Below are positions 21,788 to 33,089 of a stretch of DNA of 33,089 bases, piece by piece (position 1 is the stretch's first letter; each line of letters starts with the position of its first letter). The DNA is from Octopus sinensis. Its lineage: Eukaryota. A program made the position numbers and the translations under genes. The DNA is taken from NCBI RefSeq assembly GCF_006345805.1, contig NW_021835653.1:1-33089 (forward strand). Direction: 5' to 3'. The notes under the pieces are model-generated. The model worked only from the letters and a program-made list of their open reading frames with translations. It had not been told where the DNA came from and ran no database searches.

Positions 21788-22118
21788 TATATCAGGTTAC
21801 AAGAGACGCAGTTAAAGTGATCCATCACATTCGCCCTAAACAAGGAGCTTAATCGTAGCTGCTTTGCGGACAAAGTAGCAAATAAGGCAACAATGTCGGG
21901 AACACTCGATAAAGCTGGGATGGGCGTACCACCTTTGCCTTGTTATTTCCCTTCTAATCTGGTCCTCATCCTCCTCCTTAGAATTCAATATTCATGTCTC
22001 TTGCTACAAATTTTTACCTCTCTCTCTTTACCATACTTCCGTCGCTCATTGTAAAGCTCCCACACTGTTTACACCCCCGCCTTCCACTATAGTCATTATT
22101 TATTTCTGTTTCTAACAG

Positions 22119-22220
22119 GTCGCGTGACCAAGTAGACGCTCATTTGTCTCAATGGACACCATGTAGCAATAAAAGTAAAAACCAGAAATGTTCATATAGC
22201 AGCGACCCAGCGATGTCTGC
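22119..22220 (+). other. Candidate internal coding exon (102 nt, phase 2-2)
   Basis: Strong acceptor tatttatttctgtttctaacag and only one open frame (SRDQVDAHLSQWTPCSNKSKNQKCSYSSDPAMSA). The donor GC|gtaaat is weak and I do not recognise the peptide. Confidence 0.2.
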
Positions 22221-22321
22221 GTAAATCGTAATCGTACTTGAATAATAAGACTAGTTGGCATTTTTCATTGAAGAGCATTATATGGATTGAAATACATTGG
22301 CGAAGTGATAAACTCGATAAA

Positions 22322-22322
22322 A

Positions 22323-22419
<97 letters not shown>

Positions 22420-22460
22420 GTCTGTCTGTCTGTATGTATGTCTGTCTGTCTGTCTGTCTA
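22322..22460. repeat. (TATC)n/(TGTC)n microsatellite
   Basis: Directly visible. Confidence 0.95.
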
Positions 22461-22588
22461 CACAAACACACACACGCACTCATAGACGTTGCTACCAGTC
22501 ACCTGATTGCTCAACTTTAGTTTCTTTCTGTCTCGTATCAAAGTGACATATAAACATCTCTATATATAGGTGTGTGTGTGTGTATGTA

Positions 22589-22657
<69 letters not shown>

Positions 22658-23498
22658 CCCAGATGCATGACAAAAATAAGCTAAGGCTGAGCAATCAGGT
22701 GACTAGTAATGAAGTCTGCACTGCTGGCTGAGGTATTTTGCCTAATTGAATTTTTTTTTTCTTATCAAGGTGAGATGGTCCAGATTCTTTCAAACATCAA
22801 CACAGGAAATCGAGACGCTACGGAGGGGAGAAATACGCTTGCACACACCCTTCAACAGCTTCCGAGCTATATAAATGTGGTGTAACTTCATGAGTGATGA
22901 AATTGCAATAGCTAACGATTTTGATAACGTAATATAAAAATGGTGTCCAATGGTGTCGAATTGGTAAAATCATTTAAGTGTTGAGTAGAATGCTACGCAG
23001 TACTTATTGTGACTCTGCGCTCTTAGCACAAATCCTGCTTTGGTCAACGGTGACTGTAGCCCTTACAGAATTAATAAAAAATTTTACCAGGCCAGGACGG
23101 CAGATTGGCGGAAACTGTTAGAAGTTCGGGTAAGCTGCTGAAATGTATCTGTCCCGATTCTTTGCGTTCTGAAAGCAACTTCTGCGACGATGCTGGTCCT
23201 GAGTTGTGTCGGTCCAAAGGCGACGAACTTTACTTGAATAACATCGGTGTTAGGGAGAGGATGGGATGTGCATGCATGGGCAAGTGCTAGTTTTCCTCAA
23301 AAGCTTTGCCAAAGTTTGCACACATAAATGTAGATGAATAATAAATCCTGACTGGCGGAGTCACTAGGATTGAATAAAATGCAAATCAAAGACGGAGACC
23401 AAGTAAACAGGTGGTCAACTGTGGTTAATTACACCAAGCGTGCAGCGGGGTTGGTGGGATCTCCTTGATGTTATTCTTCGGAATATTTCTATCAAATA

Positions 23499-23662
23499 GG
23501 CGCAGGAGTGGCTGTGTGGTAAGTAGCTTGCTTACCAACAACATGGTTCTGGGTTCAGTCCCACTGCGTGGCACCTTGGGCAAGTGTCTTTTACTATAGC
23601 CTCGGGCTGACCAAAGCATTGTGAGTGGATTTGGTAGACGGAAACTGAAAGAAGCCCGTCGT
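23499..23662 (+). mobile_element. SINE family B 5' half
   Basis: ggcgcaggagtggctgtgtggtaag...gaagcccgtcg. Confidence 0.9.
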
Positions 23663-23667
23663 ATATA

Positions 23668-23815
23668 TGTATATCGAGATTAAACAGCCGAAATTACTAA
23701 GATGATCCGGTTCCCGACTGAAGATTAGAGGCTTCGAATGACCCGTCTGTTTTTTTTTTTTGTGTCGTCTCTTTGTGTGTTTGCGTTCTTGTCCCACTTT
23801 GTAATTTATATTTTT
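23668..23815. repeat. Fragment of the 3643-4033 repeat family
   Basis: cgactgaagattagaggcttcgaatgacccgtc. Confidence 0.55.
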
Positions 23816-23830
23816 ATTTAATTTCTATAC

Positions 23831-23872
<42 letters not shown>

Positions 23873-23931
23873 TGTGTGTGTGTGTGGTGTGTGTGTGTGT
23901 GTGTATGTATATGCATATGTATATATATATG

Positions 23932-24001
<70 letters not shown>

Positions 24002-24002
<1 letters not shown>

Positions 24003-24527
24003 TAAGTAATTAAGGGTTTAGCAACGATTTGCCTCACCACGCACCGAATTTAGAAATAGCAATCAAAGAGTTATGGCTATTCTTTCTACTTAAAAGAGAG
24101 ATCTCAGTAAAACCACAGCACTTAAAAGGCAAACAAAGCAGGTGAAAGAGAAAGAAATGACGACAATCATTCTATATTTAGTCACCTACGGACGTACGTT
24201 TCGAAATTAAGTCATAGGAAAGCATAAAAATTAAATAATTATGTCTTACCCGACTACTTTTCTCCTCAGCGTAGGACTCTACAATCATAAATGATTGTGT
24301 ATTTAAATTTGGAGGCACTAGAAGGCATCACCTCAACTCATGGTATCAGAGCGAGCGTAAGCCGTGACCATTTCTTTCTCTTTCACCTGCGTTGTTTGCC
24401 TTTTAAGTGCTGTGGTTTTTACTGAGATCTCTCTTTTAAGTAGAAAGAATAGCCATAACTCTTTGACTGCTATTTCTAAATTCGGTGTGTGGTGAAGCAA
24501 ATCGTTGCTAAACCCTTAATTACTTAG
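24002..24527. mobile_element. MITE, 526 bp, with 158/159-bp terminal inverted repeats and TA target duplication
   Basis: TA|CTAAGTAATTAAGGG...CCCTTAATTACTTAG|TA. TIRs at 24002-24159 and 24369-24527 differ by about 4 substitutions and 1 indel. Confidence 0.9.
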
Positions 24528-24617
24528 TATTACTTAAACCTTCCTCGAATGGAGCTTTTACATGCCGATATCTACTTGGTGAAATTAATGATTACTCCAA
24601 ATTAATTGATTTCACCC

Positions 24618-24679
<62 letters not shown>

Positions 24680-24689
24680 TGTATGTATG

Positions 24690-24905
24690 TATGTGTTTGT
24701 GTGCCTGTGTTTGTCCCCCCACCAACATCGCTTGACAACCGATGCTGATGTGTTTACGTCCCCGTAACTTAGCGGTTCGGCAAAAGATACCGATAGAATA
24801 AGTACCAGGCTTACAAAGAATAAGTCCTGGAGTCGATTTGTTCGACTAAAGGTGGTGCTCCAGCATAACCACAATAAAATGACTGAAACAAGTAAAAGAG
24901 TAAGT
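24690..24905 (+). mobile_element. SINE family B 3' half
   Basis: gtttgtcccccaccaacatcgcttgacaaccgatg...aatgactgaaacaagtaaaagag. Confidence 0.9.
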
Positions 24906-25012
24906 AACATGAATATACTTGTTTTTTAGCCCCTCTTGAACAAACATCTCTGGTCAAAGACATTCCATCTGTGACCATCATATCTTGCTTTTATATATAA
25001 TTTGCCTAGATA

Positions 25013-25350
25013 AAGACCCCTTCGATCATGAATGACAATGGGATTGCATCTAGAAAGATACCCTTCGAGGGTATCTTTCGAGGTATCTGGGGAAGGTTGT
25101 TTATGGAAGACCAACAGTTACCCACATATACCAGCCTCCTCTCTCCACGCCACTGATGTTATCAAAGGGAAAGGCAAAGGCCGATACAGCTTGGCATCAG
25201 TGATGTCGCAACTCATTCTACAACTGAGTGAACTGGAGCAACGGGATATAAAGTGCCTTGCTCAAGAACACAACACACAGCCCTGTCCGGGAATCGAACT
25301 CACTACCTCATGATTGTGAGCCCGACGCTCTAACCAGTGAGCCATGCGCC
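25013..25350 (-). mobile_element. tRNA-derived SINE family C (OR1-like; name tentative), full length
   Basis: Minus strand starts ggcgcatggctcactggttagagcg with A and B boxes, continues cttgagcaaggcactt, and ends ...gaaggggtctt. An approximate tttgccta target duplication is present. Confidence 0.85.
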
Positions 25351-25919
25351 TTCACTAGTTTGCCTAAGACTACATTAATAATCTCTTTGCTTTTTAAAGA
25401 TGTTAGAGTGTAATATCAGGGTGATTGACTACATTTTCTAGCAGGTCAAGAGAACACTTAAAAGCTTCGTCGCTTGATTGTGATGACTAATGAGATTTTG
25501 GTGGCGGTGGTGGTAGTGGCTGTGGTGGTTCTGGAGGGTGTTGTAATGTGGCTGTGGTTGTAGAGGTCATGGTGGTTGTTCAGGTATACGTTGTAGTCTT
25601 TGGTAGTAGTAGATGTAGTAGTTGTGATGGTGATGGTGGTGGTGGAGTGATGGCGATGGTGATGGTGGTGGTGGAGTGATGGCGATGGTGATGGTGGTAT
25701 TATTATGGTGATTGTGATGGGGTGTTGTGGTGGTAGGGTGTTAGACGTAGCGTTACTGGCAGCGAAATGGAAGTGGTGAGAGTGGAACGTGCTACAAGTT
25801 TCGATGATGGTGGTGGGGTGGGGGCTGGGGGTGAAGGGCACCTCACAATTTTTGCCGACGGTCATCGAAGCTGAGAATCATGACCAATTTCTAAATGTTA
25901 TCTGAAAACTTTACACACT

Positions 25920-26230
25920 AGTATTAGTAGTAGTAGTAGTAGTAGTAGTAGTGATGGTGGTAGTATTAGTACTATTAGTGGTGGAGATAGTAGTAGTAGT
26001 TGTATAGGTGGTGGTGGTAGTAGTAGTTGTAGTGGTGGTGGTGGTGGTGGCGATAGAAGTAGTAGTAGTTGTTGTAGTAATAATAGTGGGGATAGGGTAG
26101 GTGGTGATGTAGGTGGTGGTAGTAGTTGTAGTGGTGGTGGTGGTGGTGGTGGTGATAGTAGTAGTAGTAGTGGTTGTAGTGGTGGTGGTGGTGATAGTAG
26201 TAGTGGTTGTAGTAGTGGTGGTGGTGGTGA

Positions 26231-26263
<33 letters not shown>

Positions 26264-26312
26264 CAGTAGTAGCAGCAGTAGTAGTTGTAGTAGTAGTAGT
26301 AGTAGTAGTAAG
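25920..26312. repeat. (GTA)n/(GTG)n trinucleotide array
   Basis: Directly visible. Confidence 0.95.
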
Positions 26313-26471
26313 TAGTTAGTAGCAGTTAGAACTAAACTGCGCAGACACGCCGATGCCATAAAAGTCAAGCACGCTTGAAGGACGAAAAGCGGCGTGGATT
26401 GGCAACTTTCGCGCTGTACACTTGCCCGGCCTGTTAAGACGAAGTTCGGTTTAATTTCCAAGCGATTATTG

Positions 26472-26550
26472 TCATGGATATAAATACGGATGAGTCGGGC
26501 TGTGGCCGTGGAGAGACATAGCCACCATTGCCTGCCTTGACGGCTTTTCA
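26472..26550 (-). other. Candidate terminal coding exon
   Basis: Acceptor ctctttctctgatgtcaccctgcag followed by (t)EKPSRQAMVAMSLHGHSPTHPYLYP*. I do not recognise the peptide. Confidence 0.15.
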
Positions 26551-26802
26551 CTGCAGGGTGACATCAGAGAAAGAGATCGTTTATATTGTAGATTAAGGTT
26601 GAATTTCAATTTATTTATTTATATTAATTATTTTATAAAAACCTCTACATCATTCTTTTTTTTCTTTTTGCGTGACACGCAAAATGGAAGAAGAGTGTGA
26701 AGGGAGCGATGTGATTCTGGCCTCAGGTAAATATCATCCTTTTATTATCTTCTACTAACGAAAATGAATCATAGTGCCAGGTAAAATAATGATAATAGTA
26801 AT

Positions 26803-27018
26803 CTTTTCTGCTAGAGGCACACACAAGGCCTGAAATTGTTGGGGAGGCGAGTAGTCGATTATGTCAACCCCAGTGTTTCACTGGTACTTACTTAGTTTAT
26901 CGAACCCGAAAGGATATAAGGCAAAGTCGACCTCGGCAGATTTGAAATCAGAACGTAGCAAGGGCAAAATACCGCTAAGCATTTCGTACAGCGCGCTGAT
27001 GATTCTGCCAGCTCGCTA
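26803..27018 (-). mobile_element. SINE family A
   Basis: Reverse-complement head, core and tail. Confidence 0.85.
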
Positions 27019-27106
<88 letters not shown>

Positions 27107-27120
27107 GGATGATGATGATA

Positions 27121-27670
27121 AATGCCCTGATGCAGTACCAGGCAGTGGTTCTCATGGCTTCTGATGTTAACTGATTGGAAGTGTTATCATTGTTTTGACT
27201 TGGTATAAAAAATGGACTACAGCAAATATTCTGCTCAATATCACAAATTTTCTTGTCAGTTGTTTGACCTTAACCATTTGATCATGTCCCTTAGAGGCTG
27301 ACGATATGTGCATCTCTGATCACGAGCAGAAGTAGTGGAGGAGCGTCATAGACATGTGTTGAGAAGAATTCTTTGGGTTTGAATAATTCGCCTTTGGGAA
27401 CATGGATGTTTTGATCAACATTCTTAAACAATCCTTATTCAGGGACCTTTTGAGCGGGAAGGGTTACTCGACCAGAAGAAAATTCTAACTGGGCCCCACC
27501 TGCAAGGTCATGTGCTATTTATCTTGATATGAGATCACCATGTCGCGCACGTATGGTTGTGATGCATGTGCCTTGTGTATCCTTTTCAGACGGGTAGTCA
27601 TGATGGGTATACTGGGCTTCGTATATTTTACCCCAGTATTACTTTGATGGCATGCGCTGCTCTCTTACTC
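27121..27670. mobile_element. Unclassified interspersed element of about 550 bp embedded in (AAT)n/(GAT)n
   Basis: Moderately GC-rich block with sharp edges against AAT arrays on both sides. It resembles an octopus repeat from recall only, and there is no second copy in the window. Confidence 0.45.
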
Positions 27671-27724
27671 AATAATAATAATAATAACAATAATAATAAT
27701 AATGATAATAATAATAATAATAAT

Positions 27725-27873
27725 CTTTTCTACGAAATTTTTGGAGAGGGGGCTAGTTAATTAGAACGACCCCAGTACCCAACTGGTACTTAATTTATCG
27801 ACCCCGAAAGAATGAAAGGCAAAGTCGACCTTGGCGGAATTTGAACTCAGAACGTAAAGACATACGAGATACC
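27725..27873 (-). mobile_element. SINE family A, head-truncated at ggtat
   Basis: Reverse-complement core, abutted at 27874-27888 by a Tx1-like tail remnant (minus strand ggcagtaaagaaata). Confidence 0.8.
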
Positions 27874-28130
27874 TATTTCTTTACTGCCTGTCTTTAGCGC
27901 GTCAGACAAAATGTTCAGCAAAATTTCTCCCGACACTATGTTTTGAGTTCAAATTCCTCCAGTGTCATCTTTGCCTGTCATCCTTTCGGGGCTCGATAAA
28001 AGAATTCACCAGTAAGTTTAAGAATAAATTTATATGAGTTACTGATAGGGGAGTTCAGTACTGACAATAGATTCAAATTTATTATGAAATTCATATTGAC
28101 AGAGATGTTATGCTTCCCCTGAGCTGAGAG

Positions 28131-28361
28131 CCCCTTCGGTCATGACTGACCATGGCATTGCACCTAGAAAGTTACCCTCCCAGGCACAATTCCAGGCAAG
28201 ATTGTTTATGGAAACCAGCAGTCACCCATTCATACCGGCCTCCCCTTCACCACGCCACCAGTGTTATCCAAGGGAAAGGCAAAGGCCGATACAGCTTGGC
28301 ACCTGTGACGTCGCAACTCATTTCTACAGCTGAGTGAGCTGGAGCAACGTGAAATAAAGTG
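28131..28361 (-). mobile_element. SINE family C 3' portion
   Basis: Homologous to 25013-25260. Confidence 0.85.
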
Positions 28362-28363
28362 AA

Positions 28364-28494
28364 GGCGCATGGCTCAGTGGTTAGAGCGCCGAGCTTACGA
28401 TCGCGAGGTTGTGAGTTCGAATCCTGGACAGGACTGCGTGTTGTGTTCTTGAGCAAGACACTTTATTTCACGTTGCTCCAGTTCACTCAGCTGT
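28364..28494 (+). mobile_element. SINE family C 5' portion, inverted relative to its 3' portion
   Basis: ggcgcatggctcagtggttagagcg...gagttcgaatcc...cactcagctgt. Confidence 0.9.
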
Positions 28495-28517
28495 TTCCTC
28501 TTGTGCCTAGGGAAGAA

Positions 28518-28720
28518 AAGAATCGTTAGTACGCTGGATGAAATGCTTTGCGGTATTTCGCCCGTCGCTACGTTCTGAGTTCAAATTCCGCCGAGGTCGA
28601 CTTTTCCTTTCATCCTTTCGGGGTCAATAAATTAAGTACCAGTTGAATACTGGGTCGATGTTATCGACTGCCTCCTTCCCTGTAACTTGCTGGCTTTGTC
28701 TCCAAATTTCATGCGATCGA
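28518..28720 (+). mobile_element. SINE family A
   Basis: gaatcgttag...ggtatttcg...core. Confidence 0.85.
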
Positions 28721-28784
28721 CTAGTCCCTCTCCCAAAATGTCAGGTCTTGTGCATATAGTAGAAAGGATTATTACTGCCAAATG

Positions 28785-28925
28785 TCATGGCGGCGAGCTG
28801 GCAAAATTGTTAACACGCTGGACAAAATGGTTAACGGCATTTTGTCCGTCTTAACGTCCTGAGCTGATGTTATCGACTTGCTCCTTCCTCCCGGACTTGC
28901 TTGTCTAGTCTCAAAATTTGAAATC
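28785..28925 (+). mobile_element. SINE family A, core deleted
   Basis: ggcggcgagctggcaaaattgttaac... joined to the tail tcaaaatttgaaatc. Confidence 0.7.
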
Positions 28926-28952
28926 ATTATTACTGCTAAATCTAAGGCTTTG

Positions 28953-29222
28953 AGGTGGCAGAAACGTTAGCACGCCGTTTGTCCCCTCTGTATTAGCCCC
29001 TTGTAGGCAATAAAGAAATAAGAATCGTTACCACACCAGGCAAAATGCTTAGCGGCATTGCGTCCTTCTTTACGTTCTGAGTTCAAATTACGCCGAAGTC
29101 GACATTACCTTTCATTCTTTCGGGGTCAAATAAATAAGTACCACACAAGCATTTGGCTCGATGTTATCAACTAGCTCTCTCCCGCAAAGTTTCGGGCTTT
29201 TTGCGTATAGTTGAAAGGATTA
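28953..29222 (+). mobile_element. SINE family A with a 44-bp Tx1-like tail fragment inserted in its head
   Basis: Insert 28977-29020 lies between agaaacgttagcacgcc and agaatcgttaccacacc. Confidence 0.8.
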
Positions 29223-29358
29223 TCAATGCTAAATCTTAGGCAGAAAGGTAGCACAGTCGTTAACATGCCGGACAAAATGCTTAGCAACATTTTTTCCGAT
29301 GCTTTGCGTTTCAGCCTTTTGAGGCTGATATAATTAATACCAGTTAAACACAGGTAGT

Positions 29359-29665
29359 GGAGCCAATTGGCCTAGTGGCTAGAGCAGCGGACTCGCGGTC
29401 GAGGGATCGCAGGTTCGAATCTCAGATCGGGCGATGTGTGTGTTTATGAGCGAAGCACCTAAGCTCCGCGCGGCTCCGGCAGAAGGTAATGGCGAAACTT
29501 CTGCTGACACTTTCGCCGCAACTTTCTCTCACTCTTTGCGCCTGTATCTAGCAGCTCACCTGCGACGGACCGGCGTCCCGTCCAGGTGGGTAACCTATAC
29601 ACCAGTGAAACCGGGAAACCAGCACTTATGAGCCAGGTATGGCTAGAGAAGGAACAAACAACAAC
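29359..29665 (+). mobile_element. tRNA-derived SINE family D (V-domain-like segment, AAC tail)
   Basis: A box tggcctagtgg (29368-29378), B box ggttcgaatct (29412-29422), ctgcgacggaccggcgtcccgtccagg, and end ggctagagaaggaacaaacaacaac. Confidence 0.8.
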
Positions 29666-29818
29666 CAGAAACACAGGTGTCGATGTAATCAACTTACCTT
29701 TCCGGCTAAAAATGCTGACCTCGTGGCAAAATTTGAAGTCGTGATTATTACTATATCTACTTACGTATTTTCTCTGTTTTTCAAACTGGAAAAGGGAAAG
29801 AAAAAAATTACTGATATT

Positions 29819-30039
29819 GCGCAGGCGTGGGTGCGTGGTAAGAAGCTTGCTTTCCAGCCACATGGTTCCGGGTTCAGTCCCACTGTGTGGCAACTTGGGC
29901 AAGTGTCTACTACTATAGCCTCGGGCCGACCAAAGCCCTGTGAGTGGATTTGGTAGACGGAAACTGAAAGAAGCACGTCGTATATATATATATATATATA
30001 TATATAAAGCACGTCGTATATATATATATATATACGTGT

Positions 30040-30088
<49 letters not shown>

Positions 30089-30272
30089 TTCCTCCAGCAT
30101 GGCTTGACAACCGATACTGGTGTGTTTACATTCCCGTAACTTAGCGGTTCTGCAAAAGATACCGATACAAGAAGTACTAGGCTTACAAAACAATAAATCT
30201 GGGGGTCGAATTCTTCGACTAAAAGGCGGTGCTCCAGCATGGCTGCAGTCAAATGAGTGAAACAAGTAAAGG
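29819..30272 (+). mobile_element. SINE family B, full length with internal (TA)n(TG)n spacer
   Basis: 5' half, microsatellite spacer and 3' half are contiguous; serves as the in-window reference for the split copies. Confidence 0.9.
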
Positions 30273-30545
30273 AAAATAATAAAATAATAAAATACAATAT
30301 TTTAAATGGTCTGATAAGCTTGTCTTGCCTTGGTTTTGTTTTCCTCTTCTTTTAATATATATAAATAAGAAAGAAGAAAACAAAGGACCACTGATGCGGT
30401 CACAGGAGTGTGACGAAAGAACTCTGGCCGAAATAAGATTAAGATTAATGTAAAAAATAAATAACACTGAAGCAAAATAACACCAAATATATAGTGCGTG
30501 TGTTTTTATTGGCAAACTGGCAATATGACCATTCCGAAATAAACA

Positions 30546-30630
<85 letters not shown>

Positions 30631-30799
30631 GCAAACGTGTGTGTATGTATATATACATACATACATAGTTGTATATCCATCCATCTCTTTGTGTGGTGTG
30701 CGCGTGCGTACGCGTGTGTGGTATACGTGTGTGTGTGTGGTATGTGTGTCTGGTATGTGTGGTGTGTGTGTGGTATGTATGTGTGCGTATGTGTGTGCC

Positions 30800-31085
30800 A
30801 CCATCAGCACCACCAGCATCAACACCACCACCACCACCACCACCACCACCACCACCAAAACCACCACCACTACCAAAACCATCACGACGACGACCACCAC
30901 CATCGGTGCCATCACCACTACCGCCGCCACTGCCACCGCTGCCACCGGCATCTCACTTCTGTCGCTACCACTGGAAAGGCCGCTGCCATCACCACCATCA
31001 ACTTTAAGCAGTTATTTTTCAAATTCATACCAGTATCTTCAAAACAATGTAGCAAAAATCGACAAAATCCAAAACCCAAAAATAC

Positions 31086-31166
<81 letters not shown>

Positions 31167-31404
31167 CTCGAACATACACAACTACACAGACACACAAAAT
31201 AATGATCAATCTCATTTATAAACAAACACATCAACGTACACATAGAAACCCCTTGCTGACGTCACCACCATCAACCAATCATTACGCCGTTATCCTCGCT
31301 ACCACCGCCATTAACTTCATGGTCGCCGCCACCAATTAACCATCAACGGCATCGCCATCACGTGTATCACTAATAGCAGTATCATTGTCTTATTTGAGAT
31401 CATC

Positions 31405-31456
<52 letters not shown>

Positions 31457-32054
31457 CGGTCGTCGTCGCCGCCAATACACGTCTTCACCAGCTCCAGTAG
31501 CACCATCACTACCATTATCACCACTATTATCATCATCGTCATCATCAACGTCACCAGCAACACAACTACCACCATACCCCACAACTACCACCAGCACCAG
31601 CACCACCGCCACCACCACAACCATCACCCCAACAACCACAGCCACCACCACAGCCACCACCACAGCCACTACCACAACAACCACCACAGCCACTATCACC
31701 ACCACCACCACCACCACTATCCCCACCACCATACCCTCTACTACAGCTACCACCACCACCACCATTACCACAGCCACCACCACCATTACCACAGCCACCA
31801 CCACCATCACCACCACCAACACCACCATAGACACCATCACCACAACCACCACCATACCCATCACCACCGTTTTCATCACCACACCATTCACCAACACCAC
31901 AGCCACCACCACCACCACCACCACACCACACTTCATCATCATCATCATCATCATCATCGTATTGTCTCCCTCTGTCTATCTCTCTCTTTCTCTATCTCTC
32001 TGTCTCCTGTCTGTCTGTCTCTCTTTCTCTGTCTCCTTATTTCTCTTTCATTCA

Positions 32055-32091
<37 letters not shown>

Positions 32092-32150
32092 CTTCTTTCC
32101 TCTCTCTCTCTCTCTCTCTCTCTTTTCTTATCTCTCTCTGTCTCTCCTCG
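30800..32150. repeat. Cluster of (CAC)n, (GA)n, (CAT)n, His-like CAC/CAT and (CT)n simple repeats
   Basis: Directly visible. Confidence 0.9.
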
Positions 32151-32153
32151 AAG

Positions 32154-32363
32154 AACTGTAAAAAAACCCAAAGACGAGTTCACGCCAACTTTCGATGGGA
32201 ACGTTGTTTACGGCACATTGAAGACGCCCAGATTCGCTGACATAGCAGACGTGACATTTTCCCGCCTTCTCGTTCTTCTTGTGAACGCATCAAGCAGTCT
32301 TTTGCTCGCAATTGTGCTGGTGGCCATTTGTTTGCCTACTTTTCTTAAATTTCGTTGGCAATG
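32154..32363 (+). other. Candidate coding exon (210 nt, phase 2-2) with a hydrophobic segment
   Basis: ctcctcgaag|A ACT GTA... reads TVKKPKDEFTPTFDGNVVYGTLKTPRFADIADVTFSRLLVLLVNASSSLLLAIVLVAICLPTFLKFRWQ, ending at TG|gtgcgt. The acceptor pyrimidines come from a (CT)n repeat and I do not recognise the peptide. Confidence 0.2.
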
Positions 32364-32698
32364 GTGCGTTGTATGGCGAAGGAGAGGTGTTCCTTCTAAG
32401 GAGTTCATAACACTCTCACCCCATTTCACTCTTTTTCTTCCTCTCCCTATTATGTGTCGGTGTATGTGTATGTATGTCTATATGTATATAGTGTGTGTGT
32501 GTGCATATTTGTATTAGTGTGTGTGTGTGTGTTTGTGTCTGTCTAATATTGGTTTTCGTTTTAGCTATCTGCTTTTTACTTCTTTTTATCAATTCAATTT
32601 TCGTTATGAGTATACATGAATGCTTGTCCGTGTATATTTGTGTGTGTATGTATACATACATACATAACATACATACATACATACATACATACATCTAC

Positions 32699-32733
<35 letters not shown>

Positions 32734-33089
32734 TGTAGTATGTATGTATGTATGTAATATATATAACTTGGCTCCTTCTTCAACTTCTATTCACCTGTTT
32801 ATTCTTTTTCCTTTTGTACAATCATGATGATGATGATGATGATCATCATCATCATCATCATCAAGAGTAGCAGCAGCGGCAACAGCGGTAGCAGCAGCAG
32901 CATCTCGTCATCATCAACACCAATATCATCACCAGTTTCACTCTCGCTCTTCATTTATTTATTTATTTATTTGATATTAATATTTATTCTTTTCTCTGGT
33001 TTTCGTTTAACAACAATGAATCTCGAAATATCAGTGTACGTAAGTCCGTTTCTATGTGGTTTGTATATATGTGGGTGTGTATGTATTGT

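Noticed and set aside
24181-24230. Minus-strand cctatga...cgaaacgta inside the MITE core
   Set aside because: The core lacks the G of CUGA and no stem I or II can form.
28364-28436. tRNA-like sequences with A and B boxes (also 29359-29430 and 25280-25350)
   Set aside because: They continue directly into SINE bodies and lack a proper acceptor stem, so they are SINE heads rather than tRNA genes.
31385-32161. 258-aa His-rich ORF resembling histidine-rich structural proteins
   Set aside because: It is composed of CAT/CAC/CT simple repeats, is open in several frames, and has no signal peptide or unique sequence.
32208-32429. 73-aa minus-strand ORF MKWGESV...
   Set aside because: No recognisable domain, only a weak possible donor, and it overlaps an equally unsupported plus-strand candidate.

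Overview
Non-coding, repeat-saturated animal genomic DNA. The SINE families and microsatellite load look like an octopod cephalopod (inferred from recall; no search run). No host protein-coding gene can be called confidently, and most ORFs in the supplied track are translations of microsatellites. The window contains about 30 tRNA-headed SINE copies or fragments from at least 4 families, three diverged Tx1/L1-clade ORF2 3' remnants, two mariner remnants, a non-autonomous Helitron, a 526-bp MITE, several fold-back repeats, and (TA)n-embedded repeats carrying minimal type I hammerhead-ribozyme-like motifs. Main leads: (1) a 46-nt 3' end shared between a Tx1 LINE and one SINE subfamily, whose copies repeatedly abut the tRNA-like head of their own family; (2) hammerhead-like motifs in two unrelated TA-embedded repeats; (3) a Tx1 copy flanked on both sides by (TATC)n; (4) a Helitron flanked by an exact 32-bp direct repeat. 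SINE boundaries are approximate (about +/-10 bp). Family names are from recall and are tentative.
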